Source of the DNA: Fidelibacterota bacterium
Lineage (GTDB): Bacteria > Fidelibacterota > Marinisomatia > Marinisomatales > Marinisomataceae
NCBI GenBank assembly: GCA_018672235.1
Contig: JABHGE010000032.1
Coordinates: forward strand, 1-29,187
Direction: 5' to 3'
Length of the DNA: 29,187 nt
In this document: one piece after another, positions 1-11,853 of the stretch
Layout: each line of letters begins with the position of its first letter
How positions within the stretch are numbered: position 1 is the first letter of the stretch
Made by a program: the position numbers and the translations under genes
Notes under the pieces: model-generated
What the model was told of the DNA's origin: nothing
Seen by the model: only the letters and a program-made list of their open reading frames with translations
The model's database searches: none

Positions 1-37
1 AGCTCGCAAGCATGTTCTTTTTAAAGAAATAAAATAA
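1..37 (+). CDS. rpmG: 50S ribosomal protein L33, 3' fragment (5' end outside window)
   Basis: Frame from nt 2 reads ARKHVLFKEIK-TAA(35-37), matching the L33 C-terminus (RKHxxxKExK). It sits just before tRNA-Trp/secE, the usual rpmG location. Only 11 codons are visible. Confidence 0.75.
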   Translation, partial: ARKHVLFKEIK

Positions 38-48
38 AAATAGCAAAT

Positions 49-121
49 AGGTGAGTAGCTCAATTGGTAGAGCATCGGTCTCCAAAACCGGGGGTTGCGG
101 GTTCAATTCCTGCCTCACCTG
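49..121 (+). tRNA. trnW: tRNA-Trp (anticodon CCA); 3' CCA not encoded
   Basis: Cloverleaf: acceptor AGGTGAG/CTCACCT, D arm GCTC/GAGC, anticodon stem TCGGT/ACCGG with loop CTCCAAA (CCA at 82-84), T arm GCGGG-TTCAATT-CCTGC, discriminator G121 followed by CAA. Confidence 0.97.
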
Positions 122-136
122 CAAAAAGGGAAAAGT

Positions 137-319
137 ATGTTAAAAGCGGTAAAAGATTTTTTAAATCAAGTATACCTAGAAATGAATAAAGTTTCTTGGC
201 CAACTTACTCTGAGTTAAGAGGATCGACCTATCTGATTATTATTTTTTTCTTAGGATTTGCATTGTTTTTATTTGGAGTTGATTGGGTAATTCAAAAATT
301 AGTGAGAGTGTTATTATGA
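137..319 (+). CDS. secE: Preprotein translocase subunit SecE (60 aa, single TM)
   Basis: EMNKVSWPT motif followed by one hydrophobic helix. ATG137 has AAGGG upstream; the ORF-track start at 95 lies inside the tRNA. Confidence 0.95.
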   Translation: MLKAVKDFLNQVYLEMNKVSWPTYSELRGSTYLIIIFFLGFALFLFGVDWVIQKLVRVLL

Positions 320-849
320 ACTGGTATACTTTAAGAGTCATGTCAGGCAAAGAGGAAAAAATTAAAGATAAGATTTTCCGAGAGCTTGAATATGAAAAAG
401 ACATAGCGTCACATGTTGAGGAAATTTTAATACCAACAGAAAATGTGATAGACATGAAGAATGGAAAAAAGCAGGTAAAGAAAAAAGTATTTTTTCCTGG
501 ATACATTCTTTTAAATATGGAAATGAATAACATAACAAAATTTTTTATTGAAGGTATTGATGGTGTAATGAGTTTTGTAGGACCTAAAGGTAGCCCTCAG
601 TCATTAAATGATTCTGAGATTAAAAGAATTGTTGGTTCTTTTGATGCAGATGATGATTCAGTAGAAGAAATGGAAGAAATGCCATTTAAAGTAGGAGATT
701 CTGTCAAAGTTACTGATGGACCTTTCAAAGATTTCAATGGCCTTGTTCAAGAGATTAACGATAAAAACAGAATTAAAGTAAATGTCAATATTTTTGGTCG
801 TCCGACCCCTATTGAATTAAGCTTTAATCAAATATTGATAGAGAACTAA
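316..849 (+). CDS. nusG: Transcription termination/antitermination factor NusG
   Basis: [13 protein letters not shown] start, FFPGY, KOW motif [22 protein letters not shown] overlap with secE. Confidence 0.97.
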   Translation: MNWYTLRVMSGKEEKIKDKIFRELEYEKDIASHVEEILIPTENVIDMKNGKKQVKKKVFFPGYILLNMEMNNITKFFIEGIDGVMSFVGPKGSPQSLNDSEIKRIVGSFDADDDSVEEMEEMPFKVGDSVKVTDGPFKDFNGLVQEINDKNRIKVNVNIFGRPTPIELSFNQILIEN

Positions 850-853
850 TAAA

Positions 854-1282
854 ATGGCAACAAAAGAAAAAACAGGACTTATTAAATTACAAATTGCAGC
901 TGGACAAGCAAATCCTGCTCCACCAGTTGGACCTGCTTTAGGTCAACATGGTGTAAACATTATGGATTTTTGTAATGCATTTAATGAATCCACAAAAGAA
1001 TTACAAGGAATGTTAACTCCTGTTATTATAACAGTTTACAAAGATAGATCTTTTACTTTTGAAACAAAATCTCCACCAGCATCTACTTTGATTATGAAAG
1101 AATTAAATATGAAAAAAGGCTCTCAAGAACCAAATAAAGACAAGGTTGGTTCGATAACGATAGCTCAATGCAAAAAAATTGCTGAAATGAAAATGAAAGA
1201 TTTAAATGCTCACACGCTAGATCATGCAGCTGAAATGATTGCTGGAACTGCTGTTAGTATGGGAATCGAGGTAAGCAGATGA
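854..1282 (+). CDS. rplK: 50S ribosomal protein L11
   Basis: [19 protein letters not shown] motif; synteny. Confidence 0.99.
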   Translation: MATKEKTGLIKLQIAAGQANPAPPVGPALGQHGVNIMDFCNAFNESTKELQGMLTPVIITVYKDRSFTFETKSPPASTLIMKELNMKKGSQEPNKDKVGSITIAQCKKIAEMKMKDLNAHTLDHAAEMIAGTAVSMGIEVSR

Positions 1283-1959
1283 AAAATACAAAATTTGCAA
1301 AATCAGTTTCAGAAAAATTAGATTATTCTAAGTCTTATGGTATAGATGAAGCAATGTCTTTACTTATGGGTCTTAAAAGAGCTGCTTTTGCTGAATCTGT
1401 TGATGTAGCATTTAATCTAGGAGTTGATCCTAGACATGCAGAAGAAAATATTAGATTAAGTCTAATTTTACCTCATGGTATTGGACGAAATGTTTCAGTT
1501 TTAGCTATAGTAAATTCTGAAAAAGAAGCCGAAGCAAAAGAAGCGGGAGCAGATTTTGTAGGAAATGAAGAATATCTTGAAAAAATAAAATCAGGATGGA
1601 CTGACGTTGATAAGATAGTAGTTACTCCAGATTTAATGGGACAATTAGGAAAGCTAGGTAAGGTATTAGGGCCTAAAGGTTTAATGCCAAATCCTAAATC
1701 TGGAACAGTAACAAACGATATAGCCAAAGCAATTAAAGAATTAAAAGCGGGTAAACTTGATGCTAGAGTAGAGAAAAATGGAATTTTACAATCTTCTATA
1801 GGTAAAACATCTTTTTCTGAACAAGAGTTGAAAGAAAATTTTGAAACTCTTCGCTCTGCTTTAATGTCTGCGAAGCCGAATTCTTTTAAAGGTAAATATT
1901 TGAATTCAATTAGTATATCCTCGACACTAGGTCCAGGAATTAAGATAGGAACGGAATAA
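1279..1959 (+). CDS. rplA: 50S ribosomal protein L1
   Basis: [30 protein letters not shown] motifs. Confidence 0.99.
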   Translation: MKNTKFAKSVSEKLDYSKSYGIDEAMSLLMGLKRAAFAESVDVAFNLGVDPRHAEENIRLSLILPHGIGRNVSVLAIVNSEKEAEAKEAGADFVGNEEYLEKIKSGWTDVDKIVVTPDLMGQLGKLGKVLGPKGLMPNPKSGTVTNDIAKAIKELKAGKLDARVEKNGILQSSIGKTSFSEQELKENFETLRSALMSAKPNSFKGKYLNSISISSTLGPGIKIGTE

Positions 1960-1961
1960 TT

Positions 1962-2480
1962 ATGCCAAGTACTAAAAATGTAGATGCAGTAAAAAGATTG
2001 AGCGAAAAGCTAAGTAAGGCTAAGGCAGTATACTTTACTGAATATTCAGGATTGGATGTTGTTAGTATTACTCAACTAAGAAAAGAATTTGTGATGAAAG
2101 ATATAGAATTCACAATAGCAAAAAATACTTTAATTAAACTAGCTGCAAAAGAGGCAGGAATGTCAGGTATTGATGAATTCTTAAAAGGACCAACAGCAAT
2201 GGCTGTTAGTTATCAAGACCCAACTGATCCAGCGCAAATAATTAAAGATTTTTTAAAAGATTTTGATAAGCCTTCAGTAAAAGGTATGATTTTAGATGGA
2301 GAGGTATTCGAAGCAAATGAGTTTGAAAGAATAGCCAATCTCCCTTCAAAGAATCAGCTTTTATCTAAATTGGTTGGAATGTTAAATTCCCCGATGGCAA
2401 AACTGAGCAGTACTTTAGGAAGTCCTGTTTCTGGCTTATTAGGAGCACTTGAACAATTAAACTCAAAGAAAGGTAGTTAA
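1962..2480 (+). CDS. rplJ: 50S ribosomal protein L10
   Basis: QLRK, KNTL, LKGPTA, ANLPSK motifs; synteny. Confidence 0.97.
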   Translation: MPSTKNVDAVKRLSEKLSKAKAVYFTEYSGLDVVSITQLRKEFVMKDIEFTIAKNTLIKLAAKEAGMSGIDEFLKGPTAMAVSYQDPTDPAQIIKDFLKDFDKPSVKGMILDGEVFEANEFERIANLPSKNQLLSKLVGMLNSPMAKLSSTLGSPVSGLLGALEQLNSKKGS

Positions 2481-2481
2481 A

Positions 2482-2859
2482 ATGAGCACTAAAAGAGAAG
2501 ATGTTTTACAGTATTTAGAAGAAGCTAATATGATAGAGATATCTGAGCTTGTAAAAGATATTGAAGAGAAGTTTGGCGTAACAGCTGCTGTACCTGTTGC
2601 CGCAGTCGCAGGAGCGGCTGGTGGAGATACTGCTGAAGCTGCTGAAAAAAGTGATTTTAATGTAGTCGTAACGGCTGCTGGTCAATCAAAAATCGCTGTG
2701 ATTAAAGTTGTTAGAGAGATAACTAGTTTAGGACTTAAGGAAGCTAAAGAGTTGGTTGATTCTGCTCCTAAGGCTGTGAAAGAAGGCGTTTCTAAAGATG
2801 AGGCAGAAGGTTTGAAGTCTCAACTTGAAGAAGCCGGAGCTACAGTAGAATTACAATAA
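2482..2859 (+). CDS. rplL: 50S ribosomal protein L7/L12
   Basis: EEKFGVTAA, Ala-rich hinge, [23 protein letters not shown]. Confidence 0.99.
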   Translation: MSTKREDVLQYLEEANMIEISELVKDIEEKFGVTAAVPVAAVAGAAGGDTAEAAEKSDFNVVVTAAGQSKIAVIKVVREITSLGLKEAKELVDSAPKAVKEGVSKDEAEGLKSQLEEAGATVELQ

Positions 2860-2891
2860 TATAATTAAATATATTAATTAACCAATTTTTT

Positions 2892-2897
2892 GGAGGA
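2892..2897 (+). promoter_or_regulatory. Shine-Dalgarno site of rpoB
   Basis: GGAGGA 9 nt upstream of the TTG start at 2907. Confidence 0.7.
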
Positions 2898-2906
2898 ATA
2901 GCTATC

Positions 2907-5900
2907 TTGAATTTAGATAAGTTGAATACTAGACATAGTTTTGAAAAAATAATAACAGACGTAGAGCTACCAAATCTTCTCGATTTACAGGTAGGTTCTT
3001 TTCATGACTTTTTGCAGGAAGATGTGAAGCCAAAAGACAGAATAATGTTTGGCTTGCATGAAGCATTTGCTTCAATTTTTCCTTTACAGGATAATCATGA
3101 AAATTATATACTTGAATACAAGAGCTATACGATTGGAAAACCTAGGTATACTCCAAGGGAATGTTCAGATCGTGGCATTACTTATAATGTCCCTCTCAGC
3201 GTAAAATTACGTCTAAAAATTACAGACGAAAAAGATAAAAAGAAGTTTGCTCAAGTCATAGATCAAGATGTTTACTTTGGTAACATGCCATATATGACAG
3301 GTAAAGGTACTTTTATCATTAATGGAGCAGAGAGAACAGTTGTAACTCAATTACAAAGATCTCCAGGCGCTTTCTTTGATCAAAAATTTCATCCAAATGG
3401 CGCGAAGCTTTTTAATGCTAGAATTATCCCAATTAGAGGATCTTGGATTGATTTTACAACAGATATCAATGATATTTTATTTACTATCATCGATAGAAAG
3501 AGAAAGTTTCCAGCAACTTTACTATTAAGATCTTTAGGATTTAGTTCAGATGAAGATATTTATAATGCATTTGACCTAGTCCTTGAAATGGATCCATCTA
3601 AGATTAAAGCAGATGATTTGACTGACTATATTACTGTTGAAGATACAATAGATATGGAAACAGGTGAATTAGTAGTTGAGGGTGGAAAAGAGTTAAATGA
3701 AACTATCGTTAGTGCTTTAAAAAATAATAAGACAAAGAAAGTCAAACTTGTTGATGTAAGAAATAATATCGATAGCATGATGATATATAATACTATCAAA
3801 AAAGATCCCACAAAATCTACAGAAGAAGCTTTGTTAAAAGTTTACTATCTGTTAAGAGGTAGTGATGCGCCTAGCCCTGAATCTGCTCAAAAATTTATCG
3901 ATAGAATGTTCTTTTCTCCTAAAAAATATGATTTAGGACAAGTAGGAAGATATCGTTTAGATAAGCAGTTTAACTTAGATAATAAGGGGAAAGATCCTGT
4001 TTTAACGCATGACGACTTCCTTATTACTGTGAAATATTTAATTTTAATGAGAAAAGGTATGAAGTCTCCTGATGATATTGATCATCTAGGAAATAGAAGA
4101 GTAAGAACTGTGGGCGAACAGCTTAAGGTTCAGTTTAATTCAGCTTTAGCTAGAATGGTAAGAACTGTATATGAGAGAATGAATTTGAGAGAACAAGAGA
4201 CAATTACTCCTCAAGATTTAATCAATTCAAGATTAGTAACTACTGTGATTAATACATTCTTTGGAACTAGTCAATTATCTCAATTTGGAGACCAAACAAA
4301 TCCTTTAGCAGAAATTACTCATAAAAGAAGAATTTCTTCTCTTGGACCCGGTGGTCTTTCAAGAGAAAGAGCTGGTTTTGAAGTTAGAGATGTTCACTAC
4401 ACTCACTACGGAAGACTGTGTCCAATCGAAACTCCTGAGGGTCCAAACATTGGTTTGATATCGTCACTTGCTTTGATGGCAAAAATTAATAGGCATGGAT
4501 TTATTGAAGCTCCTTATAGGGTTGTAGATAATCTAGTTGTAACAGAAGAAACCAAATATCTATCAGCTGACGATGAAGATAGAGCCAATATTGCTCAATC
4601 AGGATTAAGTGTTGATAGTGCAAATAAAATAAGTGAACCAAAAGTAAGAGTGAGATCTAAAGGAGATTTTCCTATTGTAGATCCAGAACATGTTGCATTT
4701 ACTGATATTGTACCAAATCAAATTTTAAGTGTTGCAGCTGCTTTAATTCCATTTGTTGAACACGATGATGCCAATAGAGCATTAATGGGTTCAAATATGC
4801 AACGTCAATCTGTGCCACTGTTGAAAACAGAAGCACCTATTGTAGCTACCGGTATGGAAAGAAAGGTTGCGAGAGACTCTCAATCAGTGCTTCTTTCACC
4901 TGTATCAGGGACCGTTATGCATGTTGATTCGAATAAAATTATTGTCAAAGACAACAATTATCCTGATAGTACAGTGTTAAAGAAAAATGCAAATCTTCGT
5001 ACTATAGACCTAATTAAATATGCTAGATCTAATCAGAATACGTGCTATAATCAAAAAGTTATTGTTAGTGAAGGCGATAAAGTCGAAAAAGGACAAGTTA
5101 TTGCTGATGGAGCTTCTACTGAAAATGGCGAATTAGCTTTAGGTAAGAATGTCTTAGTAGCGCTTATGCCTTGGAATGGATATAATTTTGAGGATGCTAT
5201 CGTTATCAATGAAAGGCTTGTAAGAGATGATGTATTTACTTCTATCCATGTAAATGAAATTGAGCTAGAAGTACGAGACACAAAAAGAGGAGAAGAAGAA
5301 TTAACTCCTGAAATTCCTAATGTAAGCGAAGAGGCAACTTCTCAATTAGACGAAGATGGTCTTATTCGAGTAGGGGCTATTGTGAACGAGGACGATATAT
5401 TGATTGGTAAAGTAACTCCTAAAGGTGAAACAGATCCATCTCCAGAAGAAAAGCTCCTTAGAGCAATTTTTGGAGAAAAAGCAGGAGATGTTAAAGACGC
5501 TTCTAAGAAAGCTGAGCCTGGAGTAAAAGGTGTAGTAATCAAAACCAATCTTTACGAAAAAACATCAAAAAAATCTAGAGCAGAAGTAAATGAACAGATT
5601 AAAGAATTACAGAAGAATAAAAGGGAAGAAGAAAGAGCTCTAAGAGTTACCAGAGACAATCTTCTTAAATCTGTTCTTAGCGATAAAATTACTCTTGGAA
5701 TAAAAGCTGATAGAGATGGAAAAGTTCTTGTAAAAAAAGGAACCAAATTAACATTAAAGAAATTAGATGGCTTTAATTTTGAGTTATTTTCTACGGAAGA
5801 TGCGTGGATTTCAGGTGAAAAGACATGGGAGAAACTATTAAATATTCTCAGCGCTTTTACTGATACTCTTACTACTCTTGATACAGAATTAGAATCAGCT

Positions 5901-6665
5901 ATTTTTAAACTTAAAGAAGGCGACCAACTTCAACCTGGTATTTTAAAGCTAGCTAAAGTGTATGTAGCTAATAAGAGAAAGGTATCTATTGGAGATAAGA
6001 TGGCTGGTAGGCATGGTAATAAAGGTGTAATTGCAACAATTGTACCTGAAGAAAATATGCCTTACTTAGAAGACGGTACACCAGTGGATATTTGTTTAAA
6101 TCCTTTAGGTGTTCCTTCTAGAATGAATCTAGGTCAGTTATATGAGACTATGTTAGGATGGGCAGGAAAAAAACTCGATGAAAAATACGAGACTCCAGTT
6201 TTCAATGGCGCAACACCTCAAGAGGTAGCTGCAAAAATGAAAGAAGCTGGATTGCCAGATACTGGTAAAGTCACATTATATGACGGTCTTACAGGAGAAA
6301 AAATTGACAATCCGGTATTAGTTGGTTACATGTATATTTTAAAATTATTCCATATGGTTGATGATAAAATGCATGCTAGATCGACTGGTCCGTATTCACT
6401 AGTTACTCAGCAACCCCTAGGCGGAAAAGCGCAATTTGGTGGACAAAGATTTGGTGAGATGGAAGTCTGGGCACTTCAAGCTTATGGTGCCGCACATACG
6501 TTAAGAGAAATCTTGACTATCAAATCAGATGACATTGAAGGTAGATCAAAAACCTATAGCGCGCTTGTAAAGGGAGAAGATTTACCTGATCCAACAACTC
6601 CAGAAGCTTTCAATGTATTTATGAAAGAAATTCAAGGTCTTGGACTAGACATAACTTTAGATTAA
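2907..6665 (+). CDS. rpoB: RNA polymerase beta subunit
   Basis: [17 protein letters not shown], Rif cluster, [21 protein letters not shown] motifs; TTG start. Confidence 0.99.
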   Translation: MNLDKLNTRHSFEKIITDVELPNLLDLQVGSFHDFLQEDVKPKDRIMFGLHEAFASIFPLQDNHENYILEYKSYTIGKPRYTPRECSDRGITYNVPLSVKLRLKITDEKDKKKFAQVIDQDVYFGNMPYMTGKGTFIINGAERTVVTQLQRSPGAFFDQKFHPNGAKLFNARIIPIRGSWIDFTTDINDILFTIIDRKRKFPATLLLRSLGFSSDEDIYNAFDLVLEMDPSKIKADDLTDYITVEDTIDMETGELVVEGGKELNETIVSALKNNKTKKVKLVDVRNNIDSMMIYNTIKKDPTKSTEEALLKVYYLLRGSDAPSPESAQKFIDRMFFSPKKYDLGQVGRYRLDKQFNLDNKGKDPVLTHDDFLITVKYLILMRKGMKSPDDIDHLGNRRVRTVGEQLKVQFNSALARMVRTVYERMNLREQETITPQDLINSRLVTTVINTFFGTSQLSQFGDQTNPLAEITHKRRISSLGPGGLSRERAGFEVRDVHYTHYGRLCPIETPEGPNIGLISSLALMAKINRHGFIEAPYRVVDNLVVTEETKYLSADDEDRANIAQSGLSVDSANKISEPKVRVRSKGDFPIVDPEHVAFTDIVPNQILSVAAALIPFVEHDDANRALMGSNMQRQSVPLLKTEAPIVATGMERKVARDSQSVLLSPVSGTVMHVDSNKIIVKDNNYPDSTVLKKNANLRTIDLIKYARSNQNTCYNQKVIVSEGDKVEKGQVIADGASTENGELALGKNVLVALMPWNGYNFEDAIVINERLVRDDVFTSIHVNEIELEVRDTKRGEEELTPEIPNVSEEATSQLDEDGLIRVGAIVNEDDILIGKVTPKGETDPSPEEKLLRAIFGEKAGDVKDASKKAEPGVKGVVIKTNLYEKTSKKSRAEVNEQIKELQKNKREEERALRVTRDNLLKSVLSDKITLGIKADRDGKVLVKKGTKLTLKKLDGFNFELFSTEDAWISGEKTWEKLLNILSAFTDTLTTLDTELESAIFKLKEGDQLQPGILKLAKVYVANKRKVSIGDKMAGRHGNKGVIATIVPEENMPYLEDGTPVDICLNPLGVPSRMNLGQLYETMLGWAGKKLDEKYETPVFNGATPQEVAAKMKEAGLPDTGKVTLYDGLTGEKIDNPVLVGYMYILKLFHMVDDKMHARSTGPYSLVTQQPLGGKAQFGGQRFGEMEVWALQAYGAAHTLREILTIKSDDIEGRSKTYSALVKGEDLPDPTTPEAFNVFMKEIQGLGLDITLD

Positions 6666-6681
6666 AGGGAAAAAAATAAAA

Positions 6682-9600
6682 ATGACGTATAAAGCAAATA
6701 ATAGTATTTCACTTAAACTAGCTTCACCTGAGAAGATTCTTGAAGGATCTTTTGGCGAGGTTTTAAAACCTGAAACAATTAACTATCGCTCATATAAGCC
6801 AGAAAAAGATGGCTTATTCTGTGAAAAAATCTTTGGACCTGTAAAGGATTTTGAATGTCATTGCGGTAAATATAAAGGTATCAGATATAGAGGTATTATA
6901 TGCGATAGATGTGGAGTTGAAGTAACTACGAAAAAAGTGCGTAGAAATAGAATGGGTCATATTACTTTGGCTGTACCAGTTGTACATATTTGGTTCCTAA
7001 AATCAATACCTAGTAAGCTGAGTTATATACTAGGTAAAAGTGCAAAGCAGTTAGAAAGTGTAATTTATTATGAAAATTATCTAATAATCAATCCAGGTAA
7101 AAGTGATTACAAAAGATTTGATTTGATAGATGAGGAAGAATATCTAAAGCTAGAGGAAGAATTTGGTTATGAAGCCTCTTCACAAGAAGAAAGAGAAGAA
7201 GAATCTCATTTCTATGCAGCTATGGGTGGCGAAGCGATTAAAGATGGATTAGCTGAAATGGACTTATTAGAGCTTAAAAGAGACTTAGAGCTGATTGGCT
7301 CTACATCAAATTCAAAGCAAAAAAGAGAAGATGCTCTAAAAAGATTAAAAGTAGTAAAAGATTTTGCTAGAGATAGGAATAATAAGCCTGAATGGATGAT
7401 TGTTTCAATTTTACCTGTTATGCCTCCAGAGTTAAGACCTTTAGTTCCTTTAGAAGGTGGAAGATTTGCAGCTAGTGATTTAAACGACCTTTATAGAAGA
7501 ATTATCATTAGAAATAATCGTTTAAAACAATTAATGGATATCCAAGCTCCAGAAGTAATTCTTAGAAATGAAAAAAGAATGTTACAGGAGTCTGTTGATG
7601 CTCTTTTTGATAATACAAAAAGAAAAACTGCTATAAGAAGTGGATCTAAAAGGCCTCTAAAATCTATATCAGATATGTTAAGAGGTAAGCAAGGTAGATT
7701 TAGACAAAACTTACTAGGTAAGAGAGTTGACTATTCTGGTAGATCTGTTATTGTTGTTGGTCCAGAATTAAAAATGACAGAGTGCGGTATTCCAAAAAAT
7801 ATGGCACTAGAACTCTTTAAACCTCACTTGATAAGAGAATTGATTAGAAGAGACTTAGCTGCAACTCCTAGAAGTGCTAAGCTAATGATTGAGAATAAAG
7901 AGTCATTTGTATATGAAATTTTAGAGAATGTAGTAAAAGACCATCCTGTAATGCTAAATAGAGCTCCAACCTTGCATAGGTTGGGAATTATAGCTTTCCA
8001 ACCAATATTGATTGATGGTAAAGCAATTAGAGTACACCCTCTTGTTTGTTCTGCATTTAATGCTGACTTTGATGGTGACCAAATGGCGGTTCATGTACCT
8101 TTGTCTATTCCAGCTCAGTTAGAAGCTAGAGTTCTAATGATGGCTAGTCAAAATGTATTACATCCTGCAAGTGGAAAACCAATTACAGTACCTTCCCAAG
8201 ATATGATTCTTGGTTGTTATTATTTAACAAGAAAGAGAACTAAGCAATTAGGTGAAGGAAAAAACTTTGGATCTATCGATGAAGTAAAGATAGCATATGA
8301 GAATAAAAAAGTTGGACTTCACGCAATTGTTAACGTTAGACATAACGGAGAGTGGCATAAAGATACAACTGCTGGTCGTGCTATGTTTAATGCTATTATT
8401 CCAGATGAATTAGGTTATTATGATGAAATAATTTCTAAGAAGAAATTAAGTTTTATCATTGGTGAATCTTTCGTAAAAGCTGGAAATCATAAAACTGTAA
8501 CACTACTAGACGATCTTAAAGATATTGGATTTAAAACAGCTACTAAGAGTGGAATATCAATTTCTATTAGCGATATTATTATACCAGATAAAAAACATGA
8601 CATTATATCTGCGGCTGAAAAAGAAGTAGATAAAATTCAACAAAGATTCAATCGACATATTTTAACAGAAGGTGAAAGATATAATAAAGTTATTGACGTA
8701 TGGACAAAAGCAACAAGTGATGTAGCTGCCGAAATGATGAGAGGCTTACAATCTGATGATGAAGGATTTAATTCTGTCTATATGATGGCTGACTCTGGAG
8801 CTAGAGGTAGTGGAGACCAAATAAAGCAGTTAGCTGGTATGAGAGGTCTAATGGCAAAACCAAGAAAATCTATGGTCGGTGGTGGAGAAATTATAGAAAG
8901 TCCAATTCAGTCTAACTTTAAAGAAGGTCTGTCTGTAATGGAATATTTCATCTCTACTCATGGAGCAAGAAAAGGTTTAGCTGATACTGCGCTAAAAACA
9001 GCAGATGCTGGATATCTAACTAGAAGATTAGTTGATGTAGCACAAGATGTAGTAATATCAGAATTTGACTGCAAAACCATTAATGGAATTGTAGTTTCAG
9101 ATTTAAAAGAGGGAGAAGAAGTAGTAGAGTCTCTATCTGAAAGAATTCTTGGTAGAACTTCATCTGAAAAGATTGTTATTGACGGTAAAACTATCCTGAA
9201 AGCAGGAGAGGTTTTTGATGAGGAAAAAGCTGAATTTATTACATCAAATAATATTAATAGCATTAAGATTAAATCTATACTGACATGTGAATCTAGAAGA
9301 GGTGTATGTGCAAAATGTTATGGCTGGGATTTAACAAGAAGAGAACTTGTAACAATTGGTAGTGCTGTAGGTATTATCGCAGCTCAAAGTATTGGAGAAC
9401 CTGGTACTCAGTTGACTCTAAGAACTTTCCATATTGGAGGAACAGCAACTAGAATTGTTGAAGAGTCAGATATGAAATCTAAGCATAATGGTATAGCAAA
9501 GTTTAATGAAGATTATCAATCTGCTAATACTATCGATGAAGATGGTATAGAAGTAGTAAGGTGTTTAACTCGAGGTTCGAAATTACATATTATAGATTCA

Positions 9601-10863
9601 AAAGATAACATACTTGAAGAATATAATGTTCCTTATGGTGCTAATATTAATATAAAAGACAGTGATAAGATTAAGAAAGGTAATACTTTATTTTCATGGG
9701 ATCCTTATACAGATCTAATCTTAGCTCGACAGTCTGGTATTATTAAGATGAAAGACTTCGTTGAAGGAGACACTTATCAAGAAGAAGCAGTAGATGGCGG
9801 TAAAAAACAAAAAGTAGTTACCGAATCAAAAGACAGAAGACTAAGTCCTCAAATTGAGATTTATAGCAAAGATGGAGATATCTTATCAGGTGGAACTATC
9901 TTGCCTGTAAAAGCGACATTAGTAGTAAATGACGGACAAGATGTTAGTCAGGGTCAGACTTTAGTTAAAATTCAAAAAGATGTTGGTAAATCTCGAGATA
10001 TTACTGGTGGTCTGCCAAGGGTAGCGGAGTTATTTGAAGCAAGAAAGCCTGCAAATCCTGCTGTAGTTAGTGAAATTAACGGTACCGTAGAGTTTGGTGA
10101 AATTAAACGAGGCGTAAGAAAAGTGTCCGTGACACCTTCTAACGGTAAATCTGTTATTTATAAAATTCCATACGGAAAACACGTAGTAGTTCATGAAGGC
10201 GACTTTATCACAGCTGGAACTGCATTATGTGAAGGCGCGATTTCTCCTGCCGACATTCTTACAATTCTTGGTCCAAATGCTGTTAGAGAATATTTGGTCA
10301 ATGAAATTCAAGAAGTTTATAGATTGCAAGGAGTAGGAATTAATGATAAACATATTGAAGTGATTGTTAATCAAATGATGAAAAAAGTTATCATTAACAG
10401 CCCAGGAGATACTTCATATCTTCCAGGTGAAAGATTAGATAAGTCTACTCTATTTAATGATAATGATTATATGAAGGGTATGGTTGTTATTGATGATTCT
10501 GGAGATTCAAATTTAGAAGTCGGTATTATGATTTCTCAAAATGAAGTAAAAGAGCTTAATAAAGAGTTTAAAACTCAAGATAAGACTCTAGTAAAATTTC
10601 ATAAAGCACAATCAGCTACATTTCAACCAATCTTGATGGGAATTACTCAATCTTCCCTTAATACTACAAGTTTTATTTCTGCAGCTTCTTTCCAGGAAAC
10701 AACAAGAGTATTAACAGATGCAGCGACCGCATCAAAGACAGATCACTTGTTAGGATTGAAAGAAAATGTTGCTTTAGGGCGATTAATCCCTGCTGGAACA
10801 GGATTTCCTGGCTTACAAAGTATTCAGCTTGAACAACAAGAAAATCAGGAAGAAGATCAGTAG
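6682..10863 (+). CDS. rpoC: RNA polymerase beta' subunit
   Basis: N-terminal Zn ribbon, catalytic [30 protein letters not shown]. Confidence 0.99.
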   Translation: MTYKANNSISLKLASPEKILEGSFGEVLKPETINYRSYKPEKDGLFCEKIFGPVKDFECHCGKYKGIRYRGIICDRCGVEVTTKKVRRNRMGHITLAVPVVHIWFLKSIPSKLSYILGKSAKQLESVIYYENYLIINPGKSDYKRFDLIDEEEYLKLEEEFGYEASSQEEREEESHFYAAMGGEAIKDGLAEMDLLELKRDLELIGSTSNSKQKREDALKRLKVVKDFARDRNNKPEWMIVSILPVMPPELRPLVPLEGGRFAASDLNDLYRRIIIRNNRLKQLMDIQAPEVILRNEKRMLQESVDALFDNTKRKTAIRSGSKRPLKSISDMLRGKQGRFRQNLLGKRVDYSGRSVIVVGPELKMTECGIPKNMALELFKPHLIRELIRRDLAATPRSAKLMIENKESFVYEILENVVKDHPVMLNRAPTLHRLGIIAFQPILIDGKAIRVHPLVCSAFNADFDGDQMAVHVPLSIPAQLEARVLMMASQNVLHPASGKPITVPSQDMILGCYYLTRKRTKQLGEGKNFGSIDEVKIAYENKKVGLHAIVNVRHNGEWHKDTTAGRAMFNAIIPDELGYYDEIISKKKLSFIIGESFVKAGNHKTVTLLDDLKDIGFKTATKSGISISISDIIIPDKKHDIISAAEKEVDKIQQRFNRHILTEGERYNKVIDVWTKATSDVAAEMMRGLQSDDEGFNSVYMMADSGARGSGDQIKQLAGMRGLMAKPRKSMVGGGEIIESPIQSNFKEGLSVMEYFISTHGARKGLADTALKTADAGYLTRRLVDVAQDVVISEFDCKTINGIVVSDLKEGEEVVESLSERILGRTSSEKIVIDGKTILKAGEVFDEEKAEFITSNNINSIKIKSILTCESRRGVCAKCYGWDLTRRELVTIGSAVGIIAAQSIGEPGTQLTLRTFHIGGTATRIVEESDMKSKHNGIAKFNEDYQSANTIDEDGIEVVRCLTRGSKLHIIDSKDNILEEYNVPYGANINIKDSDKIKKGNTLFSWDPYTDLILARQSGIIKMKDFVEGDTYQEEAVDGGKKQKVVTESKDRRLSPQIEIYSKDGDILSGGTILPVKATLVVNDGQDVSQGQTLVKIQKDVGKSRDITGGLPRVAELFEARKPANPAVVSEINGTVEFGEIKRGVRKVSVTPSNGKSVIYKIPYGKHVVVHEGDFITAGTALCEGAISPADILTILGPNAVREYLVNEIQEVYRLQGVGINDKHIEVIVNQMMKKVIINSPGDTSYLPGERLDKSTLFNDNDYMKGMVVIDDSGDSNLEVGIMISQNEVKELNKEFKTQDKTLVKFHKAQSATFQPILMGITQSSLNTTSFISAASFQETTRVLTDAATASKTDHLLGLKENVALGRLIPAGTGFPGLQSIQLEQQENQEEDQ

Positions 10864-10876
10864 ATTTTCTTCTTGA
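10845..10876 (+). terminator. 14-bp stem-loop spanning the rpoC stop codon (possible terminator or stability hairpin)
   Basis: TCAGGAAGAAGATC (10845-10858), loop AGTA, GATTTTCTTCTTGA (10863-10876): 12 Watson-Crick plus 2 G-U pairs. The U-tract that follows is weak (AACTTCTTT). Confidence 0.45.
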
Positions 10877-10932
10877 AACTTCTTTAAACGTGTTCACAAA
10901 AATATATACTTTCTACGCGTTCGAGAAAACGT

Positions 10933-10961
10933 TTGATTCTTCCATCTTATAACAATATATT
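10933..10961 (+). promoter_or_regulatory. Putative sigma70 promoter for the rpsL-rplQ transcript
   Basis: TTGATT (10933-10938), 17 nt spacer, TATATT (10956-10961), in the only long intergenic gap, 39 nt before the rpsL ATG. Confidence 0.6.
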
Positions 10962-11000
10962 CCTCGGTACTTTTAAATTGATTAAAGGAAAAAATAATTT

Positions 11001-11375
11001 ATGCCAACAGTAAACCAGTTGATTAGAAAGAGCAGAAAAAAGATTGTTAAAAAGTCTGCTAGTAGAGCTCTGGAGAATAGTCCTCAAAAAAGAGGGGTAT
11101 GTACTCGAGTCTATACAACTACGCCTAAAAAGCCTAATTCCGCTTTAAGAAAAGTAGCTAGAGTTAGATTGACAAATGGTATAGAGGCAAATGCATATAT
11201 TCCTGGAGAAGGTCACAACTTACAAGAACACTCAATTGTTTTAATAGAGGGAGGAAGAGTCAAGGATCTTCCCGGTGTTCGCTATCATATCGTACGTGGT
11301 TCATTAGATACTGCAGGTGTTAATGATAGAAAAACAAGTAGATCACGTTACGGAGCGAAGAAACCTAAAAGCTAA
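11001..11375 (+). CDS. rpsL: 30S ribosomal protein S12
   Basis: [12 protein letters not shown] and [12 protein letters not shown] motifs. Confidence 0.99.
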   Translation: MPTVNQLIRKSRKKIVKKSASRALENSPQKRGVCTRVYTTTPKKPNSALRKVARVRLTNGIEANAYIPGEGHNLQEHSIVLIEGGRVKDLPGVRYHIVRGSLDTAGVNDRKTSRSRYGAKKPKS

Positions 11376-11377
11376 AT

Positions 11378-11851
11378 ATGAGAAGAAGAAGACCAGAAAA
11401 AAGATCTATTAATCCAGATCCAAAATTTAATGATTTACAAGTTTCAAAATTTATGAACTACTTGCTTGTAGGTGGAAAAAAAGGTATTGCTGAAAAAATT
11501 CTTTATGACGCATTTGATATTATAGAAGAAAAAAGTAGCAAAGACCCAGTGGAAGTATTTAAAAAAGCGTTAAATAATACTGCGCCACACGTTGAAGTAA
11601 AATCAAAAAGAATTGGTGGAGCTACTTATCAAGTACCTATCGAAGTTCCTAATAGAAGACAATTTTATTTAGCAGCTCATTGGATTATCGATGCTGCAAA
11701 AAATAAATCAGGTAGTCCTATGTCAAAGCGTTTAGCCGGAGAATTACTTTCTGCTTCAAATAATGAAGGAAATGCTATCAAGAAGAAAGAAGATACGCAT
11801 CGTATGGCTGAAGCAAACAAAGCATTTGCACACTTCGGAAGAGCGAGATAA
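11378..11851 (+). CDS. rpsG: 30S ribosomal protein S7
   Basis: [10 protein letters not shown] and [12 protein letters not shown] motifs. Confidence 0.99.
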   Translation: MRRRRPEKRSINPDPKFNDLQVSKFMNYLLVGGKKGIAEKILYDAFDIIEEKSSKDPVEVFKKALNNTAPHVEVKSKRIGGATYQVPIEVPNRRQFYLAAHWIIDAAKNKSGSPMSKRLAGELLSASNNEGNAIKKKEDTHRMAEANKAFAHFGRAR

Positions 11852-11853
11852 TT

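Noticed and set aside
49..121. Alternative genetic code (UGA=Trp/Gly) suggested by low GC
   Set aside because: TGA ends four genes at the expected positions, Trp codons are TGG, and the tRNA anticodon is CCA.
49..136. tRNA as an integration site, or missing CCA as an anomaly
   Set aside because: secE follows after 15 nt, with no integrase or duplicated tRNA end. A non-encoded CCA is common.
2907..10863. Inteins, introns, frameshifts or a rpoB-rpoC fusion
   Set aside because: Both ORFs are continuous, of ordinary length and separated by a stop plus 16 nt. No intein or homing-endonuclease motifs were seen.
10877..11000. Small RNA or riboswitch in the rpoC-rpsL gap; short palindromes ACGCGT and AAACGTTT; second promoter TTTAAA-16-TATACT
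   Set aside because: No convincing extended structure. Short palindromes and weak promoter matches are expected by chance in AT-rich DNA.
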